This document shows, in pieces, positions 13,601 through 26,412 of a stretch of DNA of 64,000 nt. Position 1 is the first letter of the stretch. Each line of letters opens with the position of its first letter. The position numbers and the translations under genes were made by a program. The notes beneath the pieces are model-generated. The model was given only the letters and a program-made list of their open reading frames with translations, had not been told where the DNA came from and made no database searches. Source of the stretch: Camelus dromedarius (lineage: Eukaryota). Location: positions 89,654,001 to 89,718,000 of the forward strand of contig NC_087437.1 in assembly GCF_036321535.1 (NCBI RefSeq). Reading direction: 5' to 3'.

Positions 13601-16600
13601 GGTCAAAGGTGTTCAACGCAGTAATAAAGTCACTTTGAAGTGGAAAATTCAAGCCTACTTATTGAATTGCAAGTGGAAGGTCTGACTCTAAATTTATCTA
13701 CTCATGTAAATTCCTGAAATGAACTATTACACTAGTATAGTGTCAAGTAGGAGGAGTCTCTTTACATTAAGAATTAGATTTAGACGGGACAATAACATCA
13801 ATGTTAACGTCATCATTAGATTTAAAACCTCAGTAGAAAACAAGAAATGGATTTCTTCTATTCTGATTAATCTGAGCATAGGCTACTTGATTCTGATTTC
13901 TTAAGGTTCTTCTTGCCTACAAGTTTAGAAGCTTGTAGAAAAGAATAGAAAATAACCTGTATGCAAGAGGTAAGTGCTCTTTAGACGACTTGAAAATAAT
14001 GGCATTTTTGAGAGTGCTGTGAAATCCTGGACCACTTTTTAGCGATAAGGTACCATTCACTGATGATTATTTTAACACTTCTGAGAAACAAAGCATTCAT
14101 ACCACACACTGTATAATTCCAGCCAATTTGTGGTGCAAAAAATAAAAGATTATCCCCAGAAAAGATAAGATTGCTATGATCCTGAAGGAGTGACAGATTT
14201 TAGCACTGAAGGAAAAATATTCAAGACTGTGACAAATGCTTAAGCTAATCTCTCAAGGACTGTGCTAAAGCAAAACAGTTACCCATGCCTTATCTATAGT
14301 TAACATTTTTTTCTTCGAACACAGAATAATAATTCCTGGTTAAAAGATCAAGAAATCTTGAGTAAACATTCATTCCCTCATCCAAGCAATAGTAAGTCCC
14401 TCTGTGTAATGTACATTAAGCTTAAAGACTCTATGATAGTTTAAAAAAATTCTTAAGAAAATATTATTTTCAATTTATTTGAAACTTAATAACTCCTTGA
14501 AACTGCCTTTGACTAAGCTAGATTTTGGAACATCTCATGTTTTTTAAATCAAGAACTTGAGTTTGAGTTTCCCAGAATCTGCTACTTTATCAATCTGTAT
14601 ACATTATAAGGACAATTTGATACCATATAAAATGTATCTACAAGCATCCTAATCCCTGAAAACCATTCAGTTCAAGGGCACGTTGCAATGATGGGGTTCT
14701 ATTTTCCATATAAAAGTTACTCTACAATCCATTACTTTCACTACTGTAAAATTGTGCTAATTAACCTTATAAGGTCTCATACTTATGTTAAACACTGTGT
14801 CACCATTATAGAATCGCTTCTGCTCCATGACTTGTTTCTTTTCTAATATTAAAACCAATGGTCTTGGAAAAGTAAAAGTAAGTGCACATCATTTATCTGG
14901 TAGCTGGGGAATTAAATGCTCCATGTGAGTAAATGCTGAAGATAAATGAAATTTAAGATTAAAACGTTTGCAAGGATTTTAATCATTTGGATGAAATCCT
15001 TCTCAAAGGATCAAATTTTTCTATATTATTAACCAGAACATACTTCAAGTCATTCAACTGCTTTTTTGGAGCCAAGATCTCTAGTTTGAACATACATTAC
15101 TGGGCAGTCAGTGATGGTTTTAGAGGAACTGAAGTGACCAGGACTTAGCATGTTCTTTACCTGAATGTCCCCAAAACCCAGCTTCACCATAATTGATGTT
15201 AATAAAACCAACAATTTTCAAATTTACTGCTCTTTTCTCCTGCATAAAAATTTTGTCTATCTCTTTTCTTTCTCCTTTCCTTTAAGCTTCCCAGATATTT
15301 TTGGTATTCTGAATTTGAGGGCTGGGCTTTAAAACCATCATCCATCACTAACAGATTCCCCCTATTCTAATTGAAGACATCTGTAAATGTTCATATTTTC
15401 TACAACTTCGTTCATTGCTGTTCAAATTTTTTTCAGACTTCAAAGTTTAGGGGTGACTGTATGATTGAGGTTATATTTGGAAAAGTGAAACAATACACAC
15501 CAAGCATTGTAAAAACACATATAATGCAAGAAAATTTCTTTAGAATATGAATAAATGGCTTTCCACTTAGGAATTTTCTTGGTATCACCATTAACTGAAA
15601 TAATACTAAATATCTACAGTAATTTTTAATTAATTTTGTTTTCCACATTTTGTTTTCTTCATATATTATGCAAAAGTGATAGTCAAAATATACCAGCACA
15701 GAACAATGTACATCTCAGTAAGTTGACTGGTGATCATCAGAAAGATATTAGCTCTAACATTATGACACTGCATGGAAAAAAAAATGCAAAGAGAAAAAAA
15801 CACCTAATTGAATGGCACTTGCTGAGCAATGGGTTAACACTTTTTTAAATTAAGGATGAGGCACAGTATTTCAGCTTTTTTTAAAGTTAAGTGTGATTTT
15901 TGTTTCTATACTTTTCCTTAATTCCCACTTTGATGACTGTTTTTACATAAACACAAATGCAATGTTTACAGATCTTCAAATAAGGAGTAAAATACTTAGA
16001 TGTAATCTCATAATTAATATATAAAAAAAAAGATAAATTTTTAAACCATGAGCCCAAAAGTGCACATCTTAAAAATCTAGTCAAGTATATGACAGCATCA
16101 TTTCACAGTGGTGTCTTAAACATATTGAGAAAATTTAGTGTTAGAGTTTCCCACTGAACATTTACCTAATCCCTCAAAATAATTGGTTTTTGTTGCCAGA
16201 AAGTTGCTTCAAGAAGTACATTTCCTCTATGGATCTATAATTATGGTTCTGCAAGCTCTCGTGGGACTTTCACAAGACACAAGAACATTTAATTGAAAAT
16301 GACTGAGTGCCCAACACACCACAGATGCCCAGTCTAAGTAACAGCAGTGGAGATTACCGAGAGTCAGCTTGTTGTTTCAAAAACAAAACCAAATATATTC
16401 AGTCTCATTTCCAAGACAACCACTTGTGTGTTTCCAGAGAGTCAACGTGTGATTAAATTTTGAAGCCATGAGATGGACGCCAAAGACCATATGTGCCTCA
16501 GAAAAGAAACTCACGTGGAAAGGACAGCACATGGATATATATTTTTTTTAATGATGAAAACTTGGAGATAATTTCCCAATATTATTCCTCTGAAAACATT

Positions 16601-18302
16601 TTAGAAAAAAATGACTATTGTCTTAAACTTTTAAGTAATTAATGGAGACTATCTCTCTCTAGAAATCAGAACACAAGGGGGAATAAACAATCTAAATGCT
16701 CTGTCACTTTTATCATCCAACCACTGCCTCTGTGAGAGTTTTTACACAATAAGAAGTCCCTCATTATGTTTACTCCACCAGTTGTTTTGGTGACATATTA
16801 AGCACAGTATTTAACAAGAAAGATATATTTTTGAGGAGTGTTTTTTTTTTATTATTTTTTATTTTCTGCTTATTCTATTTACTCTCTAAGGCTCTGCATC
16901 ATATACCATTACATTGATATGGTCTTTGCACTGATATTGCTGTGTAGTTTTAATCTGCAGTCTTAATTTTCTCAAAGATACAAAAAATTAAGAACATAAT
17001 ATAATCTGGTTTTTAAAAACATATTTATATTCATTTATAAATTTATAAATTATATTTAACAACATAGTAATTATTATGCATACAATCATGATATCCAAGC
17101 AAAAACTACAGATCTATTTAAAGACTCTTTAGATAATGTTTAGATCTGCTAATACAGGTTTGACTAATAACTGGTAATCTTTTACAACGATTTGGTTAAA
17201 ACACATGCTTTCCTAGAAGTTTGTAAGAACTCTTTCATTCGTGCCAACTTTACTGGGCTATTGTGAAAAAACAATATAAGAGACTTGAAAACACAACCAT
17301 CAATATTGTTAAATTTTTAAAAATGTGTCTTTTAATTCCAATTTTACCATTTATTAACTGCATGAACAGAAAAGGTCATATAATCTCCACAGGACTTATT
17401 TTCCTTTTCTACGAAACAACAATAATAAGAGTCTTTGAAAACCTTTTATAACAGGGTAGTTGTATGGTTTAAATAAGACAATAAGCATGAATGAACTTGG
17501 ACACCTGCACCAGAACAAGGTCTTCTACATCACAGACCTGGTTTCTCAACCACACATGAGCCATGCTATTCACTTAGTTTTGGTTTCTTGAAAGCTTCCA
17601 GGTCTCCTGCTTTGGCTGTCTATGTTGAAACTAGCTAACTAGTTAGTCTCTTTCATCCCAGCAGAACTCTACAGTGTAGCCTTCTCCACATTCGTGGAAC
17701 CAGGACTCATTCTCTACCCCTTTTGGTTCTTTCCAATTGTTCTAAATAAGTTTCTACCTGAACACTGTGGAGCAGCTCAGGATTTTCCCATTTCTAGTTG
17801 TTTTACATTTGACCCCTGATGAGGGTTCATGCCTCAGCTCCTCTTTCCTACAGCTCATTATTATCATTTAAACTCAACTAAGAAAGCTTTGTTGCTCTGT
17901 CAGTTTTGCCATGACTTCAGTCTGGATTCCTTTGCTGTTCATTCTTTAGAAAGTCACAGATCATTGTCCTAGGATGAGTTTATTCTGCTTGGAACCTTGA
18001 ATTTCAGAGACCTGGAGGACATTTGAGATAATAATTCAGTTTGCAGGGTCACTCTGGTAGCCCAATATCAGCGTGAGTATTAGAAACATAATTAAGACTT
18101 CTGAGTTTAAACCTTGGTGAGATACACTATATGTAATTGTTTAATAGAATAATAGCTTTTTATCATCCTCATGACTATTATTTATTATGAAATTACTTGA
18201 AGGCAGAAATTTCGTATCTATTTTCATTAATATTTAAAATGATTTGTTTACTAGATTTTTGTTTCTTTATTTCACAAAATAGAAAAATACTTGGTGACAT
18301 TG

Positions 18303-18510
18303 GTGAACTACAGACTTTGGGGTGAAAATGATGAGTCCCTGCAGATTCAAGGTTTGTAATAAATGTACCGCTGTCGTGTGGTCTGTTGATAGTGAGGGAG
18401 GTTGTACATCAGTCGGGATGGGGGGTATATGGGAACTGTCTGCACTTTCCACTCAATTTCACTGTGAACCTAAAACTGTTAAAAAATATAAAGCTTATTA
18501 ATCAAAAAAA
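18303..18510 (+). mobile_element. Old L1M (L1MC-like) 3' end fragment
   Basis: gggtatatgggaactgtctgcactttccactcaatttcactgtgaacctaaaactg followed by an A-tail. Confidence 0.8.
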
Positions 18511-18811
18511 ATTTTTTGGTGTGGTTAAGCGATTTGCTCAAGACCACTTAGGCCAACAGATACGCACAGATTTATTCTTCAAACCTACTACTGTATTTCC
18601 CTTTCTACTGTGTCAGTTTTTTCTGCCCTAGAGCAGGACAGCTTAAGTATTATATCTGAACATAAACACAGACCTTGATGATTAATTAAATGGCTTTCTA
18701 TAGCATAGATGGCAGGAGAGAGATAGGTATTGTATAATTAACATCTACTAGGCATTAGGTCAAATCATATAAAATTATTATCATTGTAACTCATACTCTT
18801 TTCCCAAAGTT

Positions 18812-19287
18812 TGTGAAAGGAAAATCAAAATGGAGTCCGTGTTGTTGAAAGAACTCTCTAAAATGGAGCCAGGAGAGCATTAAGGAAGTGTGACTTCTGC
18901 ACATCTCAGCCCGATGGAGTCTGACCTCCTGATCTCACTGTTCTAATGAAGGCTTCCAAGTCATCTGCCATAAACTCAAGATACTTACTGGACCCTTAAC
19001 CCTAAAATAACTTGAGGCAGCCTATCTACTTATTGGACTACCCTAAAATAATACATGATTCCTTAAGGACAAATATTTTCTGACTCACATCAGAGTCAAT
19101 CACAATTCTCATCAGGCAACTTTTAACAGTCTCATGCCTTTTGCCTTTTTAAGCCCCTGACTCTTTCTTTTCCCCTGAGCATTCCTTTGGTTTAATCGGA
19201 ACATGTGTTCTCCTGAATTGCAGTTCTTAAGACCCCAAAGAAACTATTTTATTATTTACAGCCTCTTGCATGGTTCTTTGGTTGACA
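18812..19287 (+). mobile_element. ERV1-type solo LTR (MER34/MER39-like termini)
   Basis: Starts tgtgaaaggaaaatc, ends ggttgaca; repeated aaaatggag; flanks agtt/aatt as a near 4-bp TSD. Confidence 0.7.
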
Positions 19288-22200
19288 AATTTATACTTTG
19301 TTTTGTTTGGGGCTAATACATTTCACCCTGGATAACTTGCCTTCTTTAACTCGTTTGTTTTGTCACTTCTGACTGTGACTAGATTATATGACAATTAGTA
19401 AATAACCTGTGATTTGTAAAAAAGATGCACACTAGGCTGAGAAAAGGGACTTCAAATAAAATTGTTTTGCCTTAATTTGCATCTCGTTTTAAAAGCTCTA
19501 TTATGCAAAAAGGAAAATGCATCAGTGTGTTCTTATCAAATTTCTTCTTAAAGTCTTGATCATTTTGAAAATGGATGCGTAAGTGTTCCTCTAAAATATC
19601 TCACTAGTTGTTATACGATATGTGATCTGTCTTCCTAAAGATGAAAATCTTTCTTCTTGTACATAATAGCAATGTTATGTGCTATGCAATTACATATACT
19701 AGATTTATGCCAAAAACATAAGAAACACTGTGGTTACCAGAAGGTAAAACAGTAAGTACAACATAAACATCATGCTGGATACAGTGAAAAATTTATCAAT
19801 ACCTACAGTTATTTTCTGTTATAGAATAAATAATAAATACACATGACTGAAAATATCCCTTTATTTTTCTGAAGTAAATTTACAAAGTGTTAAACATTTG
19901 ATTAAAATGAATGATGATTCTTTAGCTGCAGCATGTGAGGGGCAACCCCACACCTTTTAAGGTCATAACTTTAATGTAATATAACAGCTATTTCCCCCCC
20001 TCTATTTCTATAAATGGAGAATGCTGCTGCCTGAAAGCTGCCTGGGAATTCAGCCAAAGAAAGACGATGGTTGCAAAAACTCTGGGGACTTGAAAGGAAA
20101 GTGGTTGGCATTAGCTCGGTCCTCACTTTAAACTAAAATTAAAACAAAAGACAGACATGTACAGTAATCTCTCTTTTAAGGAAAGAATAGAATGCCTCTA
20201 TAGCAATGTCAAGTGGAACAATTTGGTCCTGGCCCAAGTTATGCAGCTGTTCCACAGAAAAACAGCAAAAGGCTTCAGTCCAAAGCAGGCAAATAAGGCA
20301 TGATTGTTCATAAACAGTCACTAGGGCCCTCGCATTTAGAACAAGGAAAACAATATTAGCATACAGGAGGCCAGGCTAGGGAATGAGTCTCAGCACAAGC
20401 TGAGCTACTCCACAGTTCTGTGATTTATACAAAAGATAGTGGTGGTATTCTTGGCTACTATTAACGCACCATCATTCATGAATAGCTCATTCTTCAAGAT
20501 ATCATACGTTCGTCAAATATTTTTAGGAAACAATATCAACTTAGTCATGGATTTAAGTCAGCTACAGGATGTAAAGAAATCATATATCCATTATTCATTT
20601 CTGAGTCTCACCTGCTCATTCAAGGTGGCTCAGGTAAATGGTAAAGATAATAGAAATTAGGTGTTTCAGGAGCCAATTAGAAGCTAAGCCACAGCATTGC
20701 TTCTCAGGGATTCTAAAAATGACAAAATGGGGAATCAGGTGTAATAGATGCAAAGTAATGGGGCAGAACTCTGACAGTGATTACCGGAGTAAAATAGGAA
20801 ATTCGGACCTACCCCACTGGGTACATATGATATCACATACTTCATTTTTAGCCCCCTGTTTACAGGCTTTTTTGATCCTATCTTAAAATATGGGCAGCCT
20901 CTCTACCATTTTTCATTTTAAAACTTCTGTGTGATGTAACTTTCTTTTCTCACCCTTTTCCAGGTTTAATGATTCTTTTTCTGAAGTGGGTGGTCTTCCC
21001 ATTTTCTTTGCTTCCCCACCAGCTACTAACTTCCTGATTAATCCATTTCAATCGGCCTTCTGTTCTCTTTGCTCTAGTGAGACTTGTTTGCTTTATGATC
21101 AGCAAAATTTCCTTCTGGGAAAATCCAATCATTTATTTTGTCTTCCCTTGTTTGTTTATTTGTTTTTGTCCTATCTGCCTCATCTGGCACTATTAGAGAT
21201 AGAACAAAAACTAAAGAGAGGCTAGAAATAAGACTGTCTTTAAAGAGGATACTGCCTTCATTTATTGGAAATGACAGTTACTTTGAAAATGCAGATGAGT
21301 GTATTTTAAGATAATTAGGAAGGACTTAAGAGAAGCAGTGGTCTAAAGGCAAAAAGGAATCAAAGCAGTTGGCTATACCTTTAATGCCAATGACCTTAGG
21401 AAAGAAAATGGTAAAACAGAAAGTTGGGAATAAGAATACAATACAAGAGAATGTTAATGTAGATTTAGTTGTGGACCACAGCATAGAGAACATAAAATTA
21501 GGATCCATAATGATAAGATAAAACGTAATAAATATTTTAACCCTTATGGAGCTTAGAAGTTAATTGCTGGAAGATACTAAACTAATTAGAGGTTTTAATA
21601 TGGCTGTATATTCATGCTAGAAATGGTCAGTTTGTTAGGAATTTTGCAAATTTCCAGAAATGGCATACAAATAGAAGAAAGCATGAAACGAGAGAATGGC
21701 AGCAGTAAAGTGTCCTGGGAGGAGCCAGTTCTCCAACTTCTAGCATCCAGGGACTGCAGTTCAGTGCTGCACGTTATCAGAGAGCCCATTCTAGTTTTTC
21801 AAAAGTGACTTTGGCTAACATAATTGACAATATGGATTCAGCAACTGAAGCAGCAGAAAATCGGTGAAGGAATGTAAGCTTTGGGCATTGACTGAACTAA
21901 GTTTAAAGTCTGACTCATCCATTTAAAATATGGATAAATAAGGAACACTGGTTAACCCTGAGCTTTAGTTTTCCTTTTTGTAAAATAAGGAGCCTTTTTA
22001 TTTCCACTACCTATAGCAAAGTGATACTAATTAGGGTCCTTCCGAGAAAGGTGACATTTTCTATTTCTTAAACTTTTAATTCTTAAATAAATAAATGAGA
22101 GATCATTGGGCTTTACATTTATCTGCAGTGCAGAGGAGTATTGCACACTGAGTTTGTTTCTAGGTAACTGAAACAGAGACCCACAATAAGGCACAGCTAT

Positions 22201-22578
22201 TCAGCCATATCTGAGCTGAGAGAAACAGACTACTTAATAAACTAATTACACAGATCAGACTCCAAGCATTTATGTGAATAAAATTCTGTTTCTGTTGTTG
22301 GGAGTGGATATGGAACCAAAGAGTAGACCACTGACAGGTAATTGGGCTCTATTTGAGCAGGGATCTATTTACTCCCAAGCATTCTATATATTTTCCATCT
22401 TCACCTCATTTCATTGCATAAGTTGTACATATATTCTGAATGTACACATATGTACTTTGGGGCAGAACTATGGAGAAAGGGTAAAAGTAAAAACTGATTT
22501 GCCATGCCCTGATCCTGATCATCTTCCTTTATTATATCCCCAAATGCTGACTTCTGGGGTTATAAGGAGAAACAGAAG

Positions 22579-22640
22579 CAAAAAAGAAAAAAAAAAAAAA
22601 AAAAGAAAGAAAGAAAGAAAGAAAAGAGAGAGAGAAAGGA
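22579..22640. repeat. A-rich / (GAAA)n / (GA)n simple repeat
   Basis: Direct reading. Confidence 0.9.
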
Positions 22641-24066
22641 GGAACAGAGTTGGAAAATAATAAGCAAAAGGAATAAAAGTTGAAATGGAAGGGAAGGTGA
22701 GGAAAAAGTTCTGGTATTAGATACACAGAACCGGGAGTAAGAAATTAGGACTTAAGTACGTCAAACGCTGCCAAGAGTCTATTACACTTCTTTCTTAGTC
22801 CAAGTATTGAACTTACAGCCAAAAGCACTTCTTGAAGCTATAATACTGAAATGCACTGCCACATTTAGATAGCGAACTGCCGTTGAAAAATGTTTTCTAT
22901 AAGCAATTTAAGCTTATCAGAGGGTAAGAACTACCAAAATGAACTGCACAGGATGAATGTAGTAAAGCTACTATGAAAAAATGTGCTCCTTTCAAGGTCT
23001 GAAAATGCCTTAAAAGTTTGTTAAAAGATAGAAAATAGATTAATTTATAAAATTCTCTTTAAATCAGTATATTTTTATTCTCTAGAAAATAATTACTAGA
23101 AGAGAGAACAGTTTTAAAATATCAATACTGGAGAGAGAAGTAAGACGGCAGAGTAGAAGGACGCTTGTAGCTCACCCCCTCCCACAAATACACCAAAACT
23201 CACATCTACGGACCCACTTAGCCAACCAGAGCACCTGCTGAACTCACACAGAACATTGCACTCTTCGAAAGACAAAGACACCAAAAATCTGGTAGGAAAA
23301 AAGGGAAAAAGAAGAAAAAGCAAAACAGTGTAGGACCGGTCCCGCGGGGAGGGAGCGGCAAAGGACTGGTGCTCGTTTGCTGGGTCTCCCCTCTCCAATG
23401 GAGGCCACTGGGACAGAGAGGGAGCCTCTGAGGCTCAGATCTGCCCTGAGCACCCCCTGTCCTAAAGAACTGAGTTAAAAGGGCACAAAGGGTCCCTGCG
23501 ACATCCAGCCCGAGATGCGAGCCGGCAGCTGGGGCCAGGACAGGCCACCTGAGCCAGGCGGAGGACTGGGGCAGCTGCACTGAGGCAGCCCTGGGGGACT
23601 GCAGGGGGCTGCATGCCTTGGCTGGGAGGGGATATGGAGCAGAACAATCTCGGTCCCCCATAAATTGTGAAAAAAGCAAAGCAACAGGGCTTGTGTGCCC
23701 TGGGTGGAGGGGCGCCACAGCCTTTGTCTCCTCAGACTTGTGCGCCCATTACTAGGGCTTCTCGCGAGAAGAGAAGCGGGGCTCAGCCACAGCCGTCATA
23801 CTCTCTTGTGCGCAGCGCCCCGGCGGGGGTGGGGCCAAGACCTGAATCCGCACCTGGGGACTCCAAAACCTCCTAGGCAGGACCAAGACTTGTTTACAGC
23901 TGGAGGCAGATAGGGTCTTTCTGCCCTGGCACCTCAGAGAACTTGCGCTGCCAAGACAAATAAGGAGCTGAGATTTGGCATGGAGCAGAGGTGGGGCCAT
24001 TCCGTGATCTTCCTTGAGCCCGCCTTCAGAACACCGACCAGAGCCAGAGCGGGCAGCTGCACAGAG

Positions 24067-24312
24067 CAGCGGAGTGACAGGTGCTGGGAAAGGGCAGGTG
24101 GCAACCTGCTTTCCTGGCAGGAATGCAGCACCTGACCACAGTGCTGAGAGGGGGCGCGATCTGCTCACCTGCCTCTCCCGAGTGCAGCATCTGACTGCAG
24201 CATCGGGAAGGGGAGTGACCCGCCTACCCACCGGATAAGAGATCAGCACCAGACCCAGTGTTGGGAGGGGGCGTGATCTGCTAGCCGACAGCCACTGGGA
24301 GCAGCACAGACT
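24067..24312 (+). repeat. Degenerate 59-bp tandem array in the L1 5'UTR (about 4 units)
   Basis: Units starting cagc.. at 24067, 24126, 24185, 24244 and a partial at 24302, with core cagcacctgaccncagtgctgggagggggcgngatctgct. Confidence 0.75.
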
Positions 24313-24463
24313 AGGGTGCCAACTAAGGGCCTCTGGAAACAGCAAGCTGAGTTCATGAAACAGGGCGAAGACACAAAGACCTCTCGATAAAATCATTAAG
24401 AGCACAGCGTCTCCAAGAGAACAAGATAACTGACACTCCTTAAGCCACAGTCTGAGAGAGATA

Positions 24464-25402
24464 ATGAGCAATATGAAGAAGCAGAGGAACCACTCCCAAT
24501 TTAAAGATCAAGAGAAATCCCCTGAAAGCACGATCAAGGAAATAGACATCGACGGCCTACTAGATCAAGATTTCAAAAAAGGAGTGATCAAAGTACTGAA
24601 GGAACTAAAAGAAATAGTGTTTAGAGATATAAAATATGTCAAAAATTAAATAGAAGCTATAAAGAAGAACCAAGTAGGATTAATAAACTCATTTGCTGAG
24701 ATGAGAGCTGACCTAAAGGCTGTACAAAGCAGGCTAGATAATGCACAGGAACGAATAAGTGACCTAGAAGACAGGACAACAGAAAGCACCCAATCAGAAC
24801 AGCTGAGAGAAAAACAAATAAAAAACAATGAAAACAATATAAGGGACCTATGGGATAATATAAAGCGTGCCAATCTACGCATAATAGGGGTTCCAGAAGG
24901 GGAAGAAAGAACAAAGGGGATTGAAAAGGTATTTGAAGATATCATGACTGAAAACGTTCCAAACCTAAAAGAATCAAATATCCAAGAACAGGAGGCTCAG
25001 AGGGTCCCAAACAGGAAGGACCCAAACAGACCCACACCAAGACATATAATCAAGATGGCCAGAGTCAAGGATAAAGAAATGATTCTCAAGGCAGCAAGAG
25101 AAAAGCAAAGAGTGAGTTACAAGGGAACCCCCATAAGGCTCTCAGCTGATTTCTCTACAGAAACACTACAGGCCAGAAGGGAGTGGCAAGATATATTCAA
25201 AGTCCTGAATGAAAACAAGATGCAGCCTAGGATACTCTACCCAGCAAGGCTATCCTTTAGAATAGAAGGAGAGATAAAGAACTTCACAGACAAGCAAAAA
25301 CTGAAACAGTTTAGCAACACTAAACCCATGCTAAAAGAAATATTGACAGGTCTACTCCAAATAGAAAAGAAGCAAGATGCTACAAAAATGAGAAACTCAT
25401 AA
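24464..25402 (+). pseudogene. L1 ORF1p (312 codons) interrupted by one in-frame TAA at 24647-24649
   Basis: ORFs 24464-24649 and 24701-25402 share a frame and the 17 codons between them are open. Coiled coil plus RRM/CTD motifs NLRIIGVPE, PTPRHII, PIRLSADFS, ARREW, YPARLSF. Confidence 0.93.
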
Positions 25403-25500
25403 CTGGAAAGGTGATAACTACCATGAATTACAAAAAGAATAAACACAAAATTGTAAAAGAATACATCTAAATCATTAAGAGTGGGAGAGGAAGCAAGGAA

Positions 25501-25869
25501 AGCCATTGTGGAAAACAGTATGGAGATTCCTCAAAAGACTAGGAATAGACTTACCATATGACCCAGGAATCCCACTCCTGGGCATATATCCAGAAGGAAC
25601 CCTACTTCAAAATGACACCTGCACCCCAATGTTCACAGCAGCACTATTTACAACAGCCAAGACATGGAAACAGCTTAAATGTCCATCAACAGATGACTGA
25701 GCAAAGAAGAGGTGGTATATTTATACAATGGAATACTATTCAGCCATAAAAACCAACAACTTAACGCCATTTGCAGGAACATGGATGTTCCTGTAGAATG
25801 TCATTCTAAGTGAAGTAAGCCAGAAAGAAAAAGAAAAATACTATATGTGATCGCTCATATGAGGAATCT
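25501..25869 (+). pseudogene. L1 ORF2p extreme C-terminal remnant (WKTVWRFLKRL..LPYDP..PLLGIYP..CTPMF..) with stops
   Basis: Translation matches the L1 ORF2p C-terminus; homologous to the copy at 56862 onward. Confidence 0.9.
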
Positions 25870-26412
25870 AAAAACAAAACAAAACAAAACAGAAACAGAC
25901 TCATAGACATAGAAGACAAACTTGTGGTTGCCAAGGAAGCAGGGGGTGAGAAGGGACAGACTGGGATTTTAAAATGCAGAATAGATAAACAAGATTATAT
26001 TGTATAGCACAAGGAAATATAAACAAGATCTTGTGGTAGCTCATAGCGGAAAAAAAAATATGACAATGAATATACGTATGTTCATGTATAACTGAGAAAT
26101 TGTGCTCTACACTAGAATTTGACATAACATTGTAAAATGACTATTACTCAATAAAAAAAGTTAAAAAGTTAAAAAAATAAAACAAAATATCAATACTGGT
26201 GATAAAGAAATTGTGAGTTCACTTAGTGCGTTAAATAGTATAATACAATACAACTGAGGAAGTTGAAATTTCAGGCTTCTGTCTTAAAATTATTTTAGAT
26301 AAATTCCTCATGTGATAATATAAAATCTACACTTAAATAACAAACGTTATGAGAAATAAATTTTTAGTTATTAAATTTGATTGGCAGAAAAGCTATCACA
26401 TACATTTACATA

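Larger units (their letters stand above)
23132..26183 (+). mobile_element. Relatively young LINE-1 with 5'UTR, ORF1, large internal ORF2 deletion, 3'UTR and A-rich tail
   Basis: Perfect TSD aaaatatcaatactgg at 23116-23131 and 26184-26199, at a tttt/aaaa endonuclease site. GC/CpG-rich 5'UTR, ORF1p homology, ORF2 C-terminal peptide from about 25501, aataaa near 26150. Confidence 0.95.

Noticed and set aside
22274..22660. 128-aa ORF with a basic K/R tail
   Set aside because: The tail is the translation of an A/GAAA simple repeat.
23752..24471. 239-aa minus-strand ORF antisense to the L1 5'UTR (ORF0-like?)
   Set aside because: Begins at TTG rather than ATG, lies in GC-rich stop-poor sequence with many overlapping ORFs, and shows no recognisable domain. 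Its internal donor is phase 0, incompatible with the phase-2 downstream CADM2 exon.
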